Origin: Eledone cirrhosa
Lineage: Eukaryota
Direction: 5' to 3'
Assembly (NCBI GenBank): GCA_964016885.1
Contig: CAXHJY010000082.1
Coordinates: 62,001-126,000, forward strand
DNA: 64,000 nt
The position numbers and the translations under genes are program-made. Shown here in pieces: positions 58,501-64,000 of this stretch. Position 1 is the first letter of the stretch; each line of letters opens with the position of its first letter. The notes beneath the pieces are model-generated. The model was not told the DNA's origin, searched no databases, and saw nothing but the letters and a program-made list of their open reading frames with translations.

Positions 58501-61500
58501 ATGACTATGGTGATGATGACTATGGTGATGATGACTCTGGTGATGATGACTATGGTGATGATGACTCTAGTGATGATGACTCTGGTGATGATGACTATGG
58601 TGATGATGACTATGGTGATGATGACTATGGTGATGATGACTATGGTGATGATGACTATGGTGATGATGACTCTGACGATGATGACTATGGTGATGATGAC
58701 TATGGTGATGATGACTATGGTGATGATGACTATGGTGATGATGACTATGGTGATGATGACTCTGACGATGATGACTATGGTGATGATGACTATGGTGATG
58801 ATGACTATGGTGATGATGACTCTGGTGATGATGACTATGGTGATGATAACTATGGTGATGATGACTATGGTGATGATGACTCTGACGATGATGACTATGG
58901 TGATGATGAATATGGTGATGATGACTCTGGTGATGATGACTCTGACGATGATGACTATGGTGATGATGACTATGGTTATGATGACTCTGACGATGATGAC
59001 TATGGTGATGATGACTATGGTGATGATGACTATGGTGATGATGACTATGGTGATGATAACTATGGTGATGATGACTATGGGGATGATGACTCTGACGATG
59101 ATGACTATGGTGATGATGACTATGGTGATGATGACTATGGTGATGATGACTATTGTGATGATGACTCTGGTGATGATGACTATGGTTATGATGACTATGG
59201 TGATGATGACTCTGACGATGATGACTATGGTGATGATGACTCTGGTGATGATGACTCTGACGATGATGACTATGGTGATGATGACTCTGACGATGATGAC
59301 TATGGTGATGATGACTCTGACGATGATGACTCTGGTGATGATGACTATGGTGATGATGACTATGGTGATGATGACTATGGTGATGATGTCTATGGTGATG
59401 ATGACTATGGTGATGATGACTACGGTGATGATGACTATGGTGATGATGACTCTGGTGATGATGACTATGGTGATGATGACTATGGTGATGATGACTATGG
59501 TGATGATGTCTATGGTGATGATGACTATGGTGATGATGACTATGGTGATGATGACTCTGGTGATGATGACTATGGTGATGATGACTCTGGTGATGATGAC
59601 TATGGTGATGATGACTCTGGTGATGATGACTATGGGGATGATGACTATGGTGATGATGACTCTGGTGATGATGACTATGGGGATGATGAGTATGGTGATG
59701 ATGACTCTGGTGATGATGACTATGGTGATGATGACTCTGGTGATGATGACTATGGTGATGATGACTATGGTGATGATGACTCTGGTGATGATGACTCTGG
59801 TGATGATGACTATGGTGATGATGACTATGGTTATGATGACTCTGGTGATGATGACTATGGTGATGATGACTATGGTGATGATGACTATGGTGATGATGAC
59901 TCTGACGATGATGACTCTGGTGATGATGACTATGGTGATGATGACTATGGTGATGATGACTCTGGTGATGATGACTCTGGTGATGATGACTCTGGTGATG
60001 ATGACTCTGACGATGATGACTATGGTGATGATGACTCTGACGATGATGACTATGGTGATGATGACTCTGACGATGATGACTCTGGTGATGATGACTATGG
60101 TGATGATGACTATGGTGATGATGACTATGGTGATGATGTCTATGGTGATGATGACTATGGTGATGATGACTATGGTGATGATGACTATGGTGATGATGAC
60201 TATGGTGATGATGACTATGGTGATGATGACTATGGTGATGATGACTATGGTGATGATGACTATGGTGATGATGACTCTGCTGATGATGACTATGGTGATG
60301 ATGACTCTGGTGATGATGACTATGGTGATGATGACTATGGTGATGAAGACTATGGTGATGATGACTCTGGTGATGATGACTCTGGTGATGATGACTATGG
60401 TGATGATGACTCTGACGATGATGACTCTGGTGATGATGACTATGGTGATGATGACTATGCTGATGATGACTACGGTGATGATGACTCTGGCGATGATGAC
60501 TATGGTGATGATGACTCTGGTGATGATGACTCTGGTGATGATGACTATGGTGATGATGACTCTGGTGATGATGCCTCTGGTGATGATGACTCTGGTGATG
60601 ATGACTCTGACGATGATGACTATGGTGATGATGACTATGGTGATGATGACTATGGTGATGATGACTATTGTGATGATGACTCTGGTGATGATGACTCTGA
60701 CGATGATGACTATGGTGATGATGACTCTGACGATGATGACTATGGTGATGATGACTCTGACGATGATGACTCTGGTGATGATGACTATGGTGATGATGAC
60801 TATGGTGATGATGACTATGGTGATGATGATTCTGAAGATGATGACTATGGTGATGATGACTATGGTGATGATGACTATGGTGATGATGATTCTGACGATG
60901 ATGACTATGGTGATGATGACTATGGTGATGATGACTATGGTGATGATGACTCTGGTGATGATGACTATGGTGATGATGACTCTAGTGATGATGACTCTGG
61001 TGATGATGACTATGGTGATGATGACTATGGTGATGATGACTATGGTGATGATGACTATGGTGATGATGACTATGGTGATGATGACTCTGACGATGATGAC
61101 TATGGTGATGATGACTATGGTGATGATGACTATGGTGATGATGACTATGGTGATGATGACTATGGTGATGATGACTCTGACGATGATGACTATGGTGATG
61201 ATGACTATGGTGATGATGACTATGGTGATGATGACTCTGGTGATGATGACTATGGTGATGATAACTATGGTGATGATGACTATGGTGATGATGACTCTGA
61301 CGATGATGACTATGGTGATGATGAATATGGTGATGATGACTCTGGTGATGATGACTCTGACGATGATGACTATGGTGATGATGACTATGGTTATGATGAC
61401 TCTGACGATGATGACTATGGTGATGATGACTATGGTGATGATGACTATGGTGATGATGACTATGGTGATGATAACTATGGTGATGATGACTATGGGGATG

Positions 61501-64000
61501 ATGACTCTGACGATGATGACTATGGTGATGATGACTATGGTGATGATGACTATGGTGATGATGACTATTGTGATGATGACTCTGGTGATGATGACTATGG
61601 TTATGATGACTATGGTGATGATGACTCTGACGATGATGACTATGGTGATGATGACTCTGGTGATGATGACTCTGACGATGATGACTATGGTGATGATGAC
61701 TCTGACGATGATGACTATGGTGATGATGACTCTGACGATGATGACTCTGGTGATGATGACTATGGTGATGATGACTATGGTGATGATGACTATGGTGATG
61801 ATGTCTATGGTGATGATGACTATGGTGATGATGACTACGGTGATGATGACTATGGTGATGATGACTCTGGTGATGATGACTATGGTGATGATGACTATGG
61901 TGATGATGACTATGGTGATGATGTCTATGGTGATGATGACTATGGTGATGATGACTATGGTGATGATGACTCTGGTGATGATGACTATGGTGATGATGAC
62001 TCTGGTGATGATGACTATGGTGATGATGACTCTGGTGATGATGACTATGGGGATGATGACTATGGTGATGATGACTCTGGTGATGATGACTATGGGGATG
62101 ATGAGTATGGTGATGATGACTCTGGTGATGATGACTATGGTGATGATGACTCTGGTGATGATGACTATGGTGATGATGACTATGGTGATGATGACTCTGG
62201 TGATGATGACTCTGGTGATGATGACTATGGTGATGATGACTATGGTTATGATGACTCTGGTGATGATGACTATGGTGATGATGACTCTGAGGATGATGAC
62301 TATGGTGATGATGACTATGGTGATGATGACTATGGTGATGATGACTATGGTGATGATGACTATGGTAATGATGACTCTGACGATGATGACTATGGTGATG
62401 ATGACTATGGTGATGATGACTATGGTGATGATGACTCTGGTGATGATGACTATGGTGATGATGACTATGGTGATGATGACTATGGTGATGATGACTATGG
62501 TGATGATGACTCTGGTGATGATGACTATGGTGATGATGACTCTGGTGATGATGACTCTGGTGATGATGACTATGGTGATGAATGCTCTGACGATGATGAC
62601 TCTGGTGATGATGACTATGGTGATGATGACTATGCTGATGATGACTATGGTGATGATGACTCTGGCGATGATGACTATGGTGATGATGACTCTGGTGATG
62701 ATGACTCTGGTGATGATGACTATGGTGATGATGACTCTGGTGATGATGACTCTAGTGATGATGACTCTGGTGATGATGACTCTGACGATGATGACTATGG
62801 TGATGATGACTCTGACGATGATGACTATGGTGATGATGACTCTGACGATGATGACTCTGGTGATGATGACTATGGTGATGATGACTATGGTGATGATGAC
62901 TATGGTGATGATGATTCTGAAGATGATGACTATGGTGATGATGACTATGGTGATGATGACTATGGTGATGATGATTCTGACGATGATGACTATGGTGATG
63001 ATGACTATGGTGATGATGACTATGGTGATGATGACTCTAGTGATGATGACTCTGGTGATGATGACTATGGTGATGATGACTATGGTGATGATGACTATGG
63101 TGATGATGACTATGGTGATGATGACTATGGTGATGATGACTCTGACGATGATGACTATGGTGATGATGACTATGGTGATGATGACTATGGTGATGATGAC
63201 TATGGTGATGATGACTATGGTGATGATGACTCTGACGATGATGACTATGGTGATGATGACTATGGTGATGATGACTATGGTGATGATGACTCTGGTGATG
63301 ATGACTATGGTGATGATAACTATGGTGATGATGACTATGGTGATGATGACTCTGACGATGATGACTATGGTGATGATGAATATGGTGATGATGACTCTGG
63401 TGATGATGACTCTGACGATGATGACTATGGTGATGATGACTATGGTGATGATGACTCTGACGATGATGACTATGGTGATGATGACTATGGTGATGATGAC
63501 TATGGTGATGATGACTATGGTGATGATAACTATGGTGATGATGACTATGGGGATGATGACTCTGACGATGATGACTATGGTGATGATGACTATGGTGATG
63601 ATGACTATGGTGATGATGACTATTGTGATGATGACTCTGGTGATGATGACTATGGTTATGATGACTATGGTGATGATGACTCTGACGATGATGACTATGG
63701 TGATGATGACTCTGGTGATGATGACTCTGACGATGATGACTATGGTGATGATGACTCTGACGATGATGACTATGGTGATGATGACTCTGACGATGATGAC
63801 TCTGGTGATGATGACTATGGTGATGATGACTATGGTGATGATGACTATGGTGATGATGTCTATGGTGATGATGACTATGGTGATGATGACTACGGTGATG
63901 ATGACTATGGTGATGATGACTCTGGTGATGATGACTATGGTGATGATGACTATGGTGATGATGACTATGGTGATGATGTCTATGGTGATGATGACTATGG
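19593..64000. repeat. >44-kb tandem array of 15-bp unit GGTGATGATGACT(A/C)T, about 2,960 units, continuing past the window end
   Basis: Directly visible. There are two major variants (TAT/TCT), a common TCT-GAC variant, and rare marker variants that recur at kb spacing. Unit count is length divided by 15. Confidence 0.98.

Noticed and set aside
19593-64000. CRISPR array or telomeric repeat
   Set aside because: There are no unique spacers, no cas genes, and the context is eukaryotic. The unit is not TTAGGG-like.

Overview
Eukaryotic, AT-rich, repeat-dominated DNA with no recognisable host protein-coding gene. The SINE sequences and microsatellite landscape look like an octopod cephalopod genome (inference from memory, not a search). 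The window has two parts. (1) Bases 1-19.3 kb are a mosaic of (TA)n/(CA)n/(ACT)n microsatellites, tRNA-derived SINEs, a hAT-type MITE, a decayed RTE LINE fragment and many Penelope-like element (PLE) derived inserts. The inserts include one 5'-inverted RT+GIY-YIG element (12696-14512), a 1.3-kb head-to-head palindrome of a second PLE's GIY-YIG/3' end (7505-8822), and about a dozen short fold-back cassettes, mostly between (TA)n tracts. Nine sites keep the core of a minimal type I hammerhead ribozyme (CUGANGA...GAAA-short, mostly palindromic stem III-UH), and several more are degenerate. (2) From about 19.6 kb to the window end is a >44-kb array of a 15-bp unit GGTGATGATGACT(A/C)T. It grades out of a GGT/GAT microsatellite, has kb-scale higher-order duplications, and reads (GDDDY/GDDDS)n in one frame. 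The huge ORFs in the ORF track come from this array. Recurrent frameshifts favour a satellite over a gene, but coding is not excluded for the last 16 kb. All structures were read by eye, so coordinates are approximate to a few bases.
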